A program made the translations under genes and the position numbers. This document shows, in pieces, positions 7,325 through 16,831 of a stretch of DNA of 29,956 bases. Under the pieces are notes generated by a model. That model worked only from the letters and a program-made list of their open reading frames with translations, did no database searches and was not told where the DNA came from. Source of the stretch: a virus (Duplodnaviria > Caudoviricetes); the IMG/VR virus record IMGVR_UViG_3300006193_000035, positions 1 through 29,956 of that record. One strand, written 5' to 3'. The first letter of the stretch is position 1. Every line of letters starts with the position of its first letter.

Positions 7325-9340
7325 TTATTTAGGTTGGCTATATTTGCTCAACATTTCAGCTGCGTCTAGTTTTGCTGAAGACCCAGCTACAACAGTCTTA
7401 GCAACTACCTCTTTGATAGCGCTGTTATACATTGACTTCCAATCTGCTTCTTTTAAGTTTATAACCTTTTTATAGTCATTTGGACCAGTTATAAGAATCT
7501 TATCGCTGCCAGGAGTATCCTCTTCTATAGTTACACCAACGGCTTTTAATTTACTAATGTAGTCATCACCTAGTGTTTCCATAAACTTCTCTTCAGATAT
7601 TTCATCTGGCATTGATCTTATAGGTGCTGTTAATGCTTTTATAGCTTGTGGAGTCCTCATCTTACCCTCAGCACCTTCAACGGCTTTCTTGACACCAAAT
7701 ATATTGTATAGTTGTTGTCTAGCTTTTCTAGGTTTACTTAAGTCTATGTTATCTATCTTAACAGGTCCACCGCTTTTAGTTGTCTCAGGTCCAAATACAG
7801 TTACTAAGTTTGGACTTCCAGGATCAAGTATCTCAACAGTATAACCACTTCTCAATCCATTTAGCTCACTGAAATCCATAGCATCTACATCATCTGAGTT
7901 TAACATAGCTATATTGCTCTCTAAAGCTTTATCTATCATTAGACTAGTATTAGCTGCGTCACGTTCGCCCTTAGTGCCTATAGGCGCGGTCTTAGGCTCT
8001 ATAAACTTCTTTGTTGTGTTTACCTTTTCATTAGGTGGTCCAAACACACCTACTCTGTCCATAGTAGTTCTTACAGCAAAGTCCCTTATTTTATTATAGT
8101 CATCTTCATTGAACCCATATGTATTGTCAGTACCTTCCTTAAACTCTACATTAAAAAAACCATCGTCACCTAAAATAACTTCTTTACCAAGTTTTGGTCT
8201 ACCATTGTCACCTATAACTGGTTGACCATTCATCATCTCTAATTCATTGTAGAAATAAACAGTCTTGCCATTTTCATTTCTTGATTGAGCATGTGACTGA
8301 ACAAACGCTGCCACAGTAGGTGAACCTTGGTTCATCATCATGTTAGCATATGTATTTGCTTCTGGTTGAATAGTAGTCTTAGCTTTATTGTAGTCAACTC
8401 TACTTTGGTCTACATAGTACTTTTTTACTTTACCATCTATAACCTCTGACTTAACAATTGTAGTAGGATCGCTATAGAAATCTGCTGTTATCGTGCCTTT
8501 CTTAGGGTCTATAAGTCCTGACTTAATCAATTCATCTTTTATACCAAAGTCCTTGTCTGTTCCAGTACCTATTATATCTGGATTTGTAGCATAAACACCT
8601 TGAGAAAATGGGTTTACATTGTCTCCAGTCTGTGCTTGCCTTAAATCAGCGGCAGACACAGCGTAAGTATCTCCAGCATCTAAGTACTCTTTATTACCTG
8701 TCTTTTTGTATAACTCATTATTTAACTTAGCTATCTCAGGTGATTTTGTAACTTGAAATAATTGGTAGCCCGTATCTTCATCGTACCTCATCTCAAAACC
8801 AATCTTACCTTCTAAACCACTATTAGGTTTAGATAAGCCGTGAGTAACGGCATACCTAGGATCCGAATTGCTTGGATTTATTTGACCAGGTTTTGTACCT
8901 ATACCTTTCTCTCTAATTATCTCACTGTATTTGTCAAGAGTAACTTCAAGTGGAGCCACATTATCAGCAGCATTATGTATGTAACTCCTGCTATTTCTTA
9001 TCATATTTTCATCATACTCCATACCATCGTATGGTCCAGTAGCCGTGTTGTATCTTAATGAAGATTCTTTATATTTATGTATAATGTCTTTATTTGCATT
9101 CATGTAGCTTTCAATATCAACATTATTCTCAAGCCCTGTTTTTTCTAAACCTGATTGTACATCGCTGATATGGTTGTTTACATTTCTATATACTTGAAAG
9201 TTAGCCTCGGTTTTAGCATTTGCAGACTGAACTTGTTTTGCTACTCCATCTAGCATTTCTTTGGAGCGCTTCTCAAACTCCTTAGTTGCAAACTTACCTA
9301 AGCTGTCGTCTACGTATGTTTTTGGGTTTTTATAACTCAT
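7325..9340 (-). CDS. Putative internal virion/ejection protein (671 aa)
   Basis: Long hydrophilic ORF between the small Ala/Gln-rich gene and the giant gene, the usual position of podoviral ejection proteins. No catalytic motif recognised. Confidence 0.6.
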   Translation of the reverse strand: MSYKNPKTYVDDSLGKFATKEFEKRSKEMLDGVAKQVQSANAKTEANFQVYRNVNNHISDVQSGLEKTGLENNVDIESYMNANKDIIHKYKESSLRYNTATGPYDGMEYDENMIRNSRSYIHNAADNVAPLEVTLDKYSEIIREKGIGTKPGQINPSNSDPRYAVTHGLSKPNSGLEGKIGFEMRYDEDTGYQLFQVTKSPEIAKLNNELYKKTGNKEYLDAGDTYAVSAADLRQAQTGDNVNPFSQGVYATNPDIIGTGTDKDFGIKDELIKSGLIDPKKGTITADFYSDPTTIVKSEVIDGKVKKYYVDQSRVDYNKAKTTIQPEANTYANMMMNQGSPTVAAFVQSHAQSRNENGKTVYFYNELEMMNGQPVIGDNGRPKLGKEVILGDDGFFNVEFKEGTDNTYGFNEDDYNKIRDFAVRTTMDRVGVFGPPNEKVNTTKKFIEPKTAPIGTKGERDAANTSLMIDKALESNIAMLNSDDVDAMDFSELNGLRSGYTVEILDPGSPNLVTVFGPETTKSGGPVKIDNIDLSKPRKARQQLYNIFGVKKAVEGAEGKMRTPQAIKALTAPIRSMPDEISEEKFMETLGDDYISKLKAVGVTIEEDTPGSDKILITGPNDYKKVINLKEADWKSMYNSAIKEVVAKTVVAGSSAKLDAAEMLSKYSQPK

Positions 9341-9354
9341 GTTTTATTATTAAT

Positions 9355-10047
9355 TTAAACTGAACTTGCTGCGTAACTAGCAGACATGAACATGTCAGCA
9401 TCCATATTATCTTTAGCATACTTACCCTGTGCCATTGCATTATTTGAAGCTCTGTCTTGAGCTCTAGCCTCATCAGCTAAGTCAGCTTGTCTATCTAGTT
9501 TGTCTGTTTCTCTTTGTTCCCTGCTTTCAAATTCATACATAGCTCCTTTTGCCTCAGCATCTTGAACTCTTTGTTTCTCAGCAGTCTTTCGTTGCTGTAG
9601 AAATTGATCGCCTTGAGCTTTAAGCTGTTGATTTTTAGCCTCTTGACCTTCAATGCTAGCAGCAACACCCTTCTTACTTTGTAAAGCAGCCTGCGCTAAA
9701 GCAGTTGCTCCACCAGCTCCAGCACCTGTTGCTCTTAGTGTGTCTAATGTATTCGCTAACGCTATGTCAGTTTGTTCCATTTGCATTTCAGCTGCCTGAG
9801 TAGCAACGCCTAAGTTGTTAAATGGATTAGACATATCCCCACTTAAATCAGTTACGTTTTCGTAAGGATTTATTATGTCCTGCCTGTTGTTTTCTAACTC
9901 ATTAAGCATGCCTTGCTGTCTAGCAGAGTTAACTTGATCCTTGACTGCTTGAGTTTGAATAGCGCCATAAAGTTCGTTAGCTGCTTTCCTTTTTTTAATT
10001 ACGGAAGCAGCAAGACCAACCGCGGCGATACCTAATAATATACTCAT
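9355..10047 (-). CDS. Putative small ejection/pilot protein (230 aa)
   Basis: Hydrophobic N-terminus (ILLGIAAVGLAASVI), Ala/Gln-rich coiled coil and GAGAGGATALAQAA segment; directly follows the tail stabilization gene. Confidence 0.65.
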   Translation of the reverse strand: MSILLGIAAVGLAASVIKKRKAANELYGAIQTQAVKDQVNSARQQGMLNELENNRQDIINPYENVTDLSGDMSNPFNNLGVATQAAEMQMEQTDIALANTLDTLRATGAGAGGATALAQAALQSKKGVAASIEGQEAKNQQLKAQGDQFLQQRKTAEKQRVQDAEAKGAMYEFESREQRETDKLDRQADLADEARAQDRASNNAMAQGKYAKDNMDADMFMSASYAASSV

Positions 10048-10095
10048 TTTATTTTATTTTAAATTTATACAAAATTTTACCATGTGGTTATTTAC

Positions 10096-10149
10096 AAACT
10101 GTGACAATAGCCTATTACTATCTATATATAAAGCCTAATGTCATAGTTT
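10096..10149. promoter_or_regulatory. Imperfect inverted repeat (18-bp arms, 18-bp spacer) upstream of the ejection-protein genes
   Basis: AAACTGTGACAATAGCCT (10096..10113) matches the reverse complement of 10132..10149 (AAACTATGACATTAGGCT) at 15/18. It lies in the longest intergenic gap of the window. Function unknown. Confidence 0.55.
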
Positions 10150-10172
10150 TTTTTTAAAAAACTTAATTTATG

Positions 10173-13100
10173 TTAAACAAAATTAGCCGATACAGCAAAC
10201 AATGTTTTTTGTCCTCCTATATCTGTTGTACTGTCTGTACTTAGTTTAACTGTTGCAAAATAACCTTTTATACCACTCATACCTATACCGTTTATTACTT
10301 GCCCAGGTAATCCTTGTGGCACTGTAGTTACACCATCCTTTATAACACCTTTATTTATAAGGTTAGCATAGTATTTATTTTCTTTTCTATTAAATCCTAC
10401 ATGGTATGTAACTCCATCTTCAACATACTTACCCTCAAGGTAACTGTATACTGCAGATGATTGATCTTTATAGCTATTGTAATTAGGGTTTAAATATACC
10501 TGCTCAGTTGGATCTGATAGGAAAAAATCTAATTCCCAACCATTACTACCTTCATAATTAACTGTGTTAAAGTTTTTAGAAAACGATACGTTTGGATTGA
10601 ACGAGAACTGAACTGTTGATGGATATATAGTACCATAAAAGCTACCTCTATTATTAGTTACACTGTTGTTATAATGTTTCCATATAGTAGCATCCTTACA
10701 TGTAAAATAAGTTGAGTCTAGTGTGTTTAAGAATGAAGGTTTGTAATCCCAAAAGCTAGTCCAACCATTATTTGACTCATTAAAAGATACTGTGTTATAC
10801 TCTCCACCAGTTTCTACACCACCGTTTATAGCTGTCACAGCCTGTTGTAATGACACAACGTACTTATCTAAGTAGTTATCATAACCACCAACTACCTTGT
10901 CTTTAACAAACTTTTTAAATTTTATTTCTGTACCAATAGCAGGAGCTAAAAATGTACTATTTAATTTAACCCAATTGTTACCAGGTGTTTGAGATATTTG
11001 ATTTATTATTAATCCATTAAGCCCATATGTATCAGGAGCTTGGCCTTGTATAACCATACCAAGCTCAAGACTACTAAAGTCTACATCTGAGTCAAATGAA
11101 ATTTGAAGTCCAATTACAGATGAACCACTAACTGTAGCAGTGACAACTTGATCTTCAAACACGTCAGATATGTCACGCAATTTGTCTCTAAAGAAATCAC
11201 GCATACCATATGAACTTATTTCTGTTAGCCCATCTCTAGATAACCTCATGATAGAACCTCTATATTTGTCTGCAAAATAAATTCTATATCCTTTGAATGC
11301 AAATGACTCAGGATTACTACTTATTCCGTATTCACCACCATATTGTTGAATTGAACCTAACACAACATTTGAGGCTGTTACAGCTGGATTACCATCAGCT
11401 GTATATATAGCGTCTTTATCAACAAATGTTCTACTTACTTTATCCTCTTGAAATATAGTTAAATTTGTATCTGTAGTATACAATCTTTGTATACCTCCAT
11501 ACCTTGGGTCAAGATTCTTAGTTATAGACTCTGCAACTGAAAACACATTTGTTTCGTTAAAACCAGTTCTAGAGTTATATAAACCAGAGTATATTAAACC
11601 GTTAGACAACTCTAATCTCTCATCGTTTGTTTCTGTTATAAATGCTCTTGGAGCTAAATCAGTTTGGGTATTATTATACCCACCTCTTATTCTAGACTCT
11701 TCTAAGAACCAAGTGAAATCGTTTTCTGTAGCTTCTGCTCTACTAGGAAATACTGGATAACCAGTAGGATTCCAAGGTAAACCAGGATAAACTGCTTGCC
11801 TACCAGTAGCCTCTCTTGTTACAACTTTTTTTATTATATATGAATTAAAGTATGTTATCTCACTTATTAATGCTCTATTTAACGCAGGGTTGATTGTACT
11901 ACCATTACCTCTTGTTATAAAGTTATTTAATTCACTTATTACACCATTAGTACCTGACTCATAGAATATGTCTATGTTAGAAAATACTGGCTCTGTCTCA
12001 TACACGTTCAATCTTATTCTTTCATAGCTTACGTTTGGACTAGTAAAACCACCAATAGAGCCGACAGCATCTTGAGTTGCTACTTGACCTATTAAATAGT
12101 TAGAACCTTTATTTGAGTTAGACGTAGTTGGCACATTTGGCATACCAAAAAATGGAGATGTATTATAAACTTGACCTTCTATTGACTTGTCTAAGCCTAA
12201 GTCATCTCTTTGGCCTATTAAAACAACTTTATCAGGTGTTTTAGCAGTTGAGTATTGCTTATTAGTACCTAATGTAGAAACATAATTAATATTATGTACT
12301 CTAGGAAAAATATTGACAGAGCTATTAAATTGTACTTGTAGTGGCCCAACTTCATTTAAGTCTCTTGGAATTTTATTTATATTATCGCCTAGCAATGTTA
12401 TAAATGCTAAGTCTTTAGTATCTGTTATAGAAGAGGTGTTTAATGTTAATAGTAGATTACCACTACTTCCGCCAAGCACACCTCCATTACCAGTAACAAA
12501 TATTTGATCACCTGTTCTATATCTAGTACCAGCTTGGTTTACAGTAACCTTAGTAACTGTATTGCCAGCAACAGTAACAGTTATTATCATGTCATTACCA
12601 TCATCGCTGTCTGTAGTATAGCCTGTGGTAACACTTACTGTGCCTGTATATGTACCGTCAACAAAATCAGTTTGATTAGTTGTTATGCTTACATCAAACT
12701 CACTCTGTGGCGTGTTATTCAATATTGTGGGTAGAAATACATTATAGTAGTCTTGGCCTTTCTGCTGAACAACTACCTTGTAACTATACCAACCTAATGG
12801 ATTTGTAGCGCTATATAATCCTATTTCACCTATAGCTATATCAGAAGCTATAGCATCGTTGAATTCAATCTTTAATGAATTACCTAAATAAGTGTCTGTT
12901 GCAGATATTTGATTACCAGTAAAATATTTATTATATGTAGTAGATGCCCCAGGTGATGTCATGACATCTGATTGCCTTCCAAAAATATCACATAAAACTA
13001 CACCAACTTTATACGACCTGTTCTGCTTACAGTTGTGATTTGGATACTGTTGTTGGTTTGTAGGAGGATAGACTCTAATTACCCCTGCAGATGTAGAATC

Positions 13101-14843
13101 TGTACTTTGGCCTAGCGTATATTTTTCGCCTTGATGTAGATTGAAGTCAACATTTGATTGTCTTTTAAATCTAACCAAGTAATTTCCATATATGACCCTG
13201 TTAGATGCTATCTCTTGTGACGCAGCTCTTATAGGTACTTTGTCTGAAACCCTACTTAATTCATTACTAGGTAATGTTCTAATGGGAGCCTGAGAATTGT
13301 ATGTATAAGTTAATTGTATCTCTGAGGTGTTTAACTGCGCTGAGGTTAGTGTATCTAACACCTTTAGTGACAGAGCATCAGACTCTTTATATATTATATC
13401 TACTTCTTTTACTTTTAGACCAGTATCTAGATCACCTACAGTATTAATGCCATTAGGCAAGTCTATAGTTATTATTGCCTTATTAACTTTGTTTTCAAAA
13501 AAAGAAATTATAGAGCTCTTAAACGCATCTATTTCATCTGACTTACCTTCAGCTAAGTAACTGTTAGGGTTTTCACCTAAAAAATAACCATCTTGCTTAG
13601 GTATAAATGCTGGTTGAGAGAATGGAGATATTATTGAATATTCATCATCATCATATTTGAATCTATAAGCAAATCTTATAAATTTATCTTTAGTAAAATC
13701 TATATCGCCATCAAAGCTAACATTTAAGTCTGGATTTGGTAGGCTAAACTGTAGGCTAGCTGATGCAGCAACATTAACAGATTGGCTAACTACTAAGTTT
13801 GGATCAGAAAAACTAACTACTGTAGTATCACTTGGTACACCACTTCCTTCTACAAGCATACCTGATGTTATAGATCCTGTAACACCTGATACTACTATAC
13901 TTGTACTAGTTGATGCTGCCGATAATGCTTGAGCTGTGTAAGGTAAGTATTCACTCACAACATCCTTCATTGTAGGTTCTTGCTCTATATTCTCTGAGAG
14001 AATTTGAAAAGAAAAGGTATCTTGTGGATCCGCGGCACCAGTTACGTTGTTTAAAGTTATGACATCACCTGCTGAATAATTCCCAGTACCAGCAACAGTT
14101 ACGACTGCTGATAAGATTATAGCTGGGGCACCTAAAGGCGGACCAGTTGTAATTTGTATACTAGCCCCTTTACCATCTATATTAGTAAATATTTGTCCTG
14201 GAGGAGTTTGGTAAGTAACGCTCATGTTTGATGTTATCATTAGCTGTGAGCCAACAATCAAACCTCTGTTTGTTTTGTACTTTGAAAATACAGGTGCGTT
14301 AAATGGGTAGTATTTTGCTACAGAAATATGCTCTTCTTTAGAGTAGTAAGTAGCATCAGCAGCTGCTGTAGTTACATTTATTTTTCTTGGTTGATTTCTA
14401 TTATCAGTAAAAAACAATAAGTCCTCTAGTAGGTTTACACCTAGTACGGGATTTGTTTTCGATAAATTTAAAAAACTACCTTCAACTAACTTATTGTAAG
14501 TATCCGTGTTGTTATTATACATGTATATATAATGACTCGAAGTCGATGGAGCAAAATTAGATAGTCTATCAGTAGAAGTATCATTCCAGTTAGTTATAAA
14601 TGCAAACAGTCTATTATTAATAGTATCTACGTAAAACCCTATTATATCAAGATTGACATCCGTTAAACCAAAGTCAGTAAGAGTTATATTACCATGTACA
14701 TTCTGTAAAACTCCTGAGTTATCATTCTCTGAGCTAATCACTGATGCGTTTCTAGCGTCTATATATTCTCTGTTTGATATTAATCTAGGGTTAAGATCCT
14801 TATTCATCTTAGCCCCTATAAAAGTATTCTTAACTTCTGGCAT
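10173..14843 (-). CDS. Tail stabilization / nozzle ('muzzle'-type) protein (1556 aa)
   Basis: N-terminal KMNKDLNPRLISNREYIDARN, LLFFTDNRNQPRKINV, FAYRFKYDDDEYS, YGISSNPESFA...YFAD, GWTSFWDY and F..KENKYYA are motifs I recognise from crAss-like/Flavobacteriaceae phage stabilization proteins. Beta-rich, and positioned after the ring proteins. Confidence 0.75.
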   Translation of the reverse strand: MPEVKNTFIGAKMNKDLNPRLISNREYIDARNASVISSENDNSGVLQNVHGNITLTDFGLTDVNLDIIGFYVDTINNRLFAFITNWNDTSTDRLSNFAPSTSSHYIYMYNNNTDTYNKLVEGSFLNLSKTNPVLGVNLLEDLLFFTDNRNQPRKINVTTAAADATYYSKEEHISVAKYYPFNAPVFSKYKTNRGLIVGSQLMITSNMSVTYQTPPGQIFTNIDGKGASIQITTGPPLGAPAIILSAVVTVAGTGNYSAGDVITLNNVTGAADPQDTFSFQILSENIEQEPTMKDVVSEYLPYTAQALSAASTSTSIVVSGVTGSITSGMLVEGSGVPSDTTVVSFSDPNLVVSQSVNVAASASLQFSLPNPDLNVSFDGDIDFTKDKFIRFAYRFKYDDDEYSIISPFSQPAFIPKQDGYFLGENPNSYLAEGKSDEIDAFKSSIISFFENKVNKAIITIDLPNGINTVGDLDTGLKVKEVDIIYKESDALSLKVLDTLTSAQLNTSEIQLTYTYNSQAPIRTLPSNELSRVSDKVPIRAASQEIASNRVIYGNYLVRFKRQSNVDFNLHQGEKYTLGQSTDSTSAGVIRVYPPTNQQQYPNHNCKQNRSYKVGVVLCDIFGRQSDVMTSPGASTTYNKYFTGNQISATDTYLGNSLKIEFNDAIASDIAIGEIGLYSATNPLGWYSYKVVVQQKGQDYYNVFLPTILNNTPQSEFDVSITTNQTDFVDGTYTGTVSVTTGYTTDSDDGNDMIITVTVAGNTVTKVTVNQAGTRYRTGDQIFVTGNGGVLGGSSGNLLLTLNTSSITDTKDLAFITLLGDNINKIPRDLNEVGPLQVQFNSSVNIFPRVHNINYVSTLGTNKQYSTAKTPDKVVLIGQRDDLGLDKSIEGQVYNTSPFFGMPNVPTTSNSNKGSNYLIGQVATQDAVGSIGGFTSPNVSYERIRLNVYETEPVFSNIDIFYESGTNGVISELNNFITRGNGSTINPALNRALISEITYFNSYIIKKVVTREATGRQAVYPGLPWNPTGYPVFPSRAEATENDFTWFLEESRIRGGYNNTQTDLAPRAFITETNDERLELSNGLIYSGLYNSRTGFNETNVFSVAESITKNLDPRYGGIQRLYTTDTNLTIFQEDKVSRTFVDKDAIYTADGNPAVTASNVVLGSIQQYGGEYGISSNPESFAFKGYRIYFADKYRGSIMRLSRDGLTEISSYGMRDFFRDKLRDISDVFEDQVVTATVSGSSVIGLQISFDSDVDFSSLELGMVIQGQAPDTYGLNGLIINQISQTPGNNWVKLNSTFLAPAIGTEIKFKKFVKDKVVGGYDNYLDKYVVSLQQAVTAINGGVETGGEYNTVSFNESNNGWTSFWDYKPSFLNTLDSTYFTCKDATIWKHYNNSVTNNRGSFYGTIYPSTVQFSFNPNVSFSKNFNTVNYEGSNGWELDFFLSDPTEQVYLNPNYNSYKDQSSAVYSYLEGKYVEDGVTYHVGFNRKENKYYANLINKGVIKDGVTTVPQGLPGQVINGIGMSGIKGYFATVKLSTDSTTDIGGQKTLFAVSANFV

Positions 14844-14846
14844 ATA

Positions 14847-16016
14847 TTAAGATTTTATCCATTTAGATTTACCTCTCATAACTTGATTTATCTCTTCAAT
14901 CTTTATGTTAGATAATCTTATTTTAGCATTTCTAAGTTTAGCACTTCTTTCTCTTTTAAGTCTGCTAACAACATACTCAGGTTGGTTTATTCTACTAGCT
15001 ATTATTGCGTGACCGATATGAGCATACATAGCTTCTTCTATCATCTTTGGGACTCTAGTATCCAAGTCATACGCTAAACCGTCAGAGATGTACTCTATGG
15101 TGATCAGGACGTCTTTTAGATTGCTAGAAAAAGTAAAAACTCCTCTAGCTTCATCTATACCAAACCATCCATTTCTTTGGGTTAGTTCTGGCTGCTCACC
15201 ATATCTTTGTCCATACATACCACCCCAGTATAAGCTGTTGTCAAGGTAGTTGTTTAAGTCAACGCCATTGTTTAGTTGATTACTACTAAATAACCCAGTT
15301 ATTCTTGATTGGTCAGTAGCTCTCCATCTCTCTACTGTTTTTGGTGGATCACTTTCTATGTTCTCACCAGTAACATCTTGAGTTGGCACACCTTGATCAT
15401 CTTGTATAGGTGCTTCCGCTGGATTTATAGTTAAGTTATTGTTTGGGTATATAATTCTTTTTACACCTAAACCATCTATATAAGATACCCTAACATAATT
15501 CACATAGTCTTGAGGTATAATAGCTGTTAAGCTAGGTGACATTGTAAGCTCTTGTGATTTAACAGCTCTAAGCGTATCGTAGCTGAACTCTTGCATACCA
15601 CGTTTAGCGTGAAATATAACATCAGTTCTTTTTACACTAGGTATTAATTTACCAGCACCAACATATGCTACAATGAAATTATTTATAACGTCATTTAAGC
15701 TTGTGTATTGATAGCTACCATAGTTTTGTTTTAGTGCCGTACTATTTAAAGTTACTACAATTGCAGCGTTTAAAGCAGGTGCAGCGTTAAACCTTATAGT
15801 GTTGTTAGGCGTAGCTAATAATGTATAATTTGTTACTACAGCCCCACCTACAGTTACTGAAAAATTTGTATTTGAAACATTAGGTACAGCTGCTACGAGG
15901 TTGACAGTAAACGTGCAAGTAAAATCAACCGATGCGTTATCACCAATAAAAGCCTGTTGACCTGAGTAGTACTGTGCGTTTGTTTGGGTTATTAAACCAC
16001 CATTTGGATTTGGCAT
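14847..16016 (-). CDS. Putative tail ring/adaptor structural protein with an N-terminal beta-sandwich domain (389 aa)
   Basis: FHAKRGMQEFSYD, IPQDYVNYVRVS and IEYISDGL motifs resemble podoviral tail-tubular/ring proteins; position is consistent. Confidence 0.65.
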   Translation of the reverse strand: MPNPNGGLITQTNAQYYSGQQAFIGDNASVDFTCTFTVNLVAAVPNVSNTNFSVTVGGAVVTNYTLLATPNNTIRFNAAPALNAAIVVTLNSTALKQNYGSYQYTSLNDVINNFIVAYVGAGKLIPSVKRTDVIFHAKRGMQEFSYDTLRAVKSQELTMSPSLTAIIPQDYVNYVRVSYIDGLGVKRIIYPNNNLTINPAEAPIQDDQGVPTQDVTGENIESDPPKTVERWRATDQSRITGLFSSNQLNNGVDLNNYLDNSLYWGGMYGQRYGEQPELTQRNGWFGIDEARGVFTFSSNLKDVLITIEYISDGLAYDLDTRVPKMIEEAMYAHIGHAIIASRINQPEYVVSRLKRERSAKLRNAKIRLSNIKIEEINQVMRGKSKWIKS

Positions 16017-16022
16017 ATCTTA

Positions 16023-16754
16023 TTAGCTTTTTTTATTTACTTCTTCTTGCTGTATTTGATTAGCAGCAACTTGAATGATTTGTGGATCTTTTACTACAAC
16101 ACCAAAGTAAAATAATGTCTTTAGTATAAAACTTGTTTGTTCTGATACGTCTAATTCTATATCTGTTGAGTTATTTGTGTCATATAGGTATTGACCAACC
16201 GCACCAACTGTAAATGCCCATATTGGATCAATAGGCTTTCTTAAGAAGTCACAGTTTATACTAGAAACAATAGTATTTGGCTTTACAAATATTCTATCGC
16301 TCTCAAGCAAGTATGTTGGAAATGATTCTGTTGATTTTGTTAATGGAGATTTTTGAATGTTATAAAAATCCATTCTTTGAAGTCTTTGGAGTTCGACCTC
16401 TTCTTTATAGTTAACAACACCTAGTCTGTAAAGAACTACGGTATTACCATAAATATCAGTAGTTGGCAAAGAAAAATGAGCCGGTACTGTTCCAGCTGCA
16501 GGCACGAATGTTGCGACACCTGATGTTTTAAATATAGAAAGATGTTCGTCAACCGCAGCAACTCTATCTGCATAGTCTGTATCTGTTTGAGGTACACGTA
16601 GTTGCTGATTTAAGTCTTCGCCGTATTGTTCAAATGTTTCTAACTGAACTTGTGCGGCAATTTTATTAAACTCATCTGGAGTAACATAACCCCTTTGTTC
16701 TTTGTTAAGTATTAATAACACAGTCTTGTATACTGTATTTACATTTATTGCCAT
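16023..16754 (-). CDS. Putative head-tail adaptor/ring protein (243 aa)
   Basis: NKEQRGYVTPDEFNKIA...Q.E.F at the N-terminus and FLRKPIDPIW near the C-terminus; lies downstream of the capsid gene. Confidence 0.65.
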   Translation of the reverse strand: MAINVNTVYKTVLLILNKEQRGYVTPDEFNKIAAQVQLETFEQYGEDLNQQLRVPQTDTDYADRVAAVDEHLSIFKTSGVATFVPAAGTVPAHFSLPTTDIYGNTVVLYRLGVVNYKEEVELQRLQRMDFYNIQKSPLTKSTESFPTYLLESDRIFVKPNTIVSSINCDFLRKPIDPIWAFTVGAVGQYLYDTNNSTDIELDVSEQTSFILKTLFYFGVVVKDPQIIQVAANQIQQEEVNKKS

Positions 16755-16775
16755 ATTAATATTTTATTTTAATTA

Positions 16776-16807
16776 CAACAAAAGGCCACCCCGGAAAGGA
16801 GTGACCT
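16776..16807 (-). terminator. Probable intrinsic terminator
   Basis: Minus strand AGGTCACTCC-TTTCC-GGGGTGGCCT forms a 10-bp stem with G-U pairs, followed by TTTGTTG, about 25 nt after the stop at 16832. Confidence 0.65.
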
Positions 16808-16831
16808 AAAGTCATAAATTATAGTTACATG

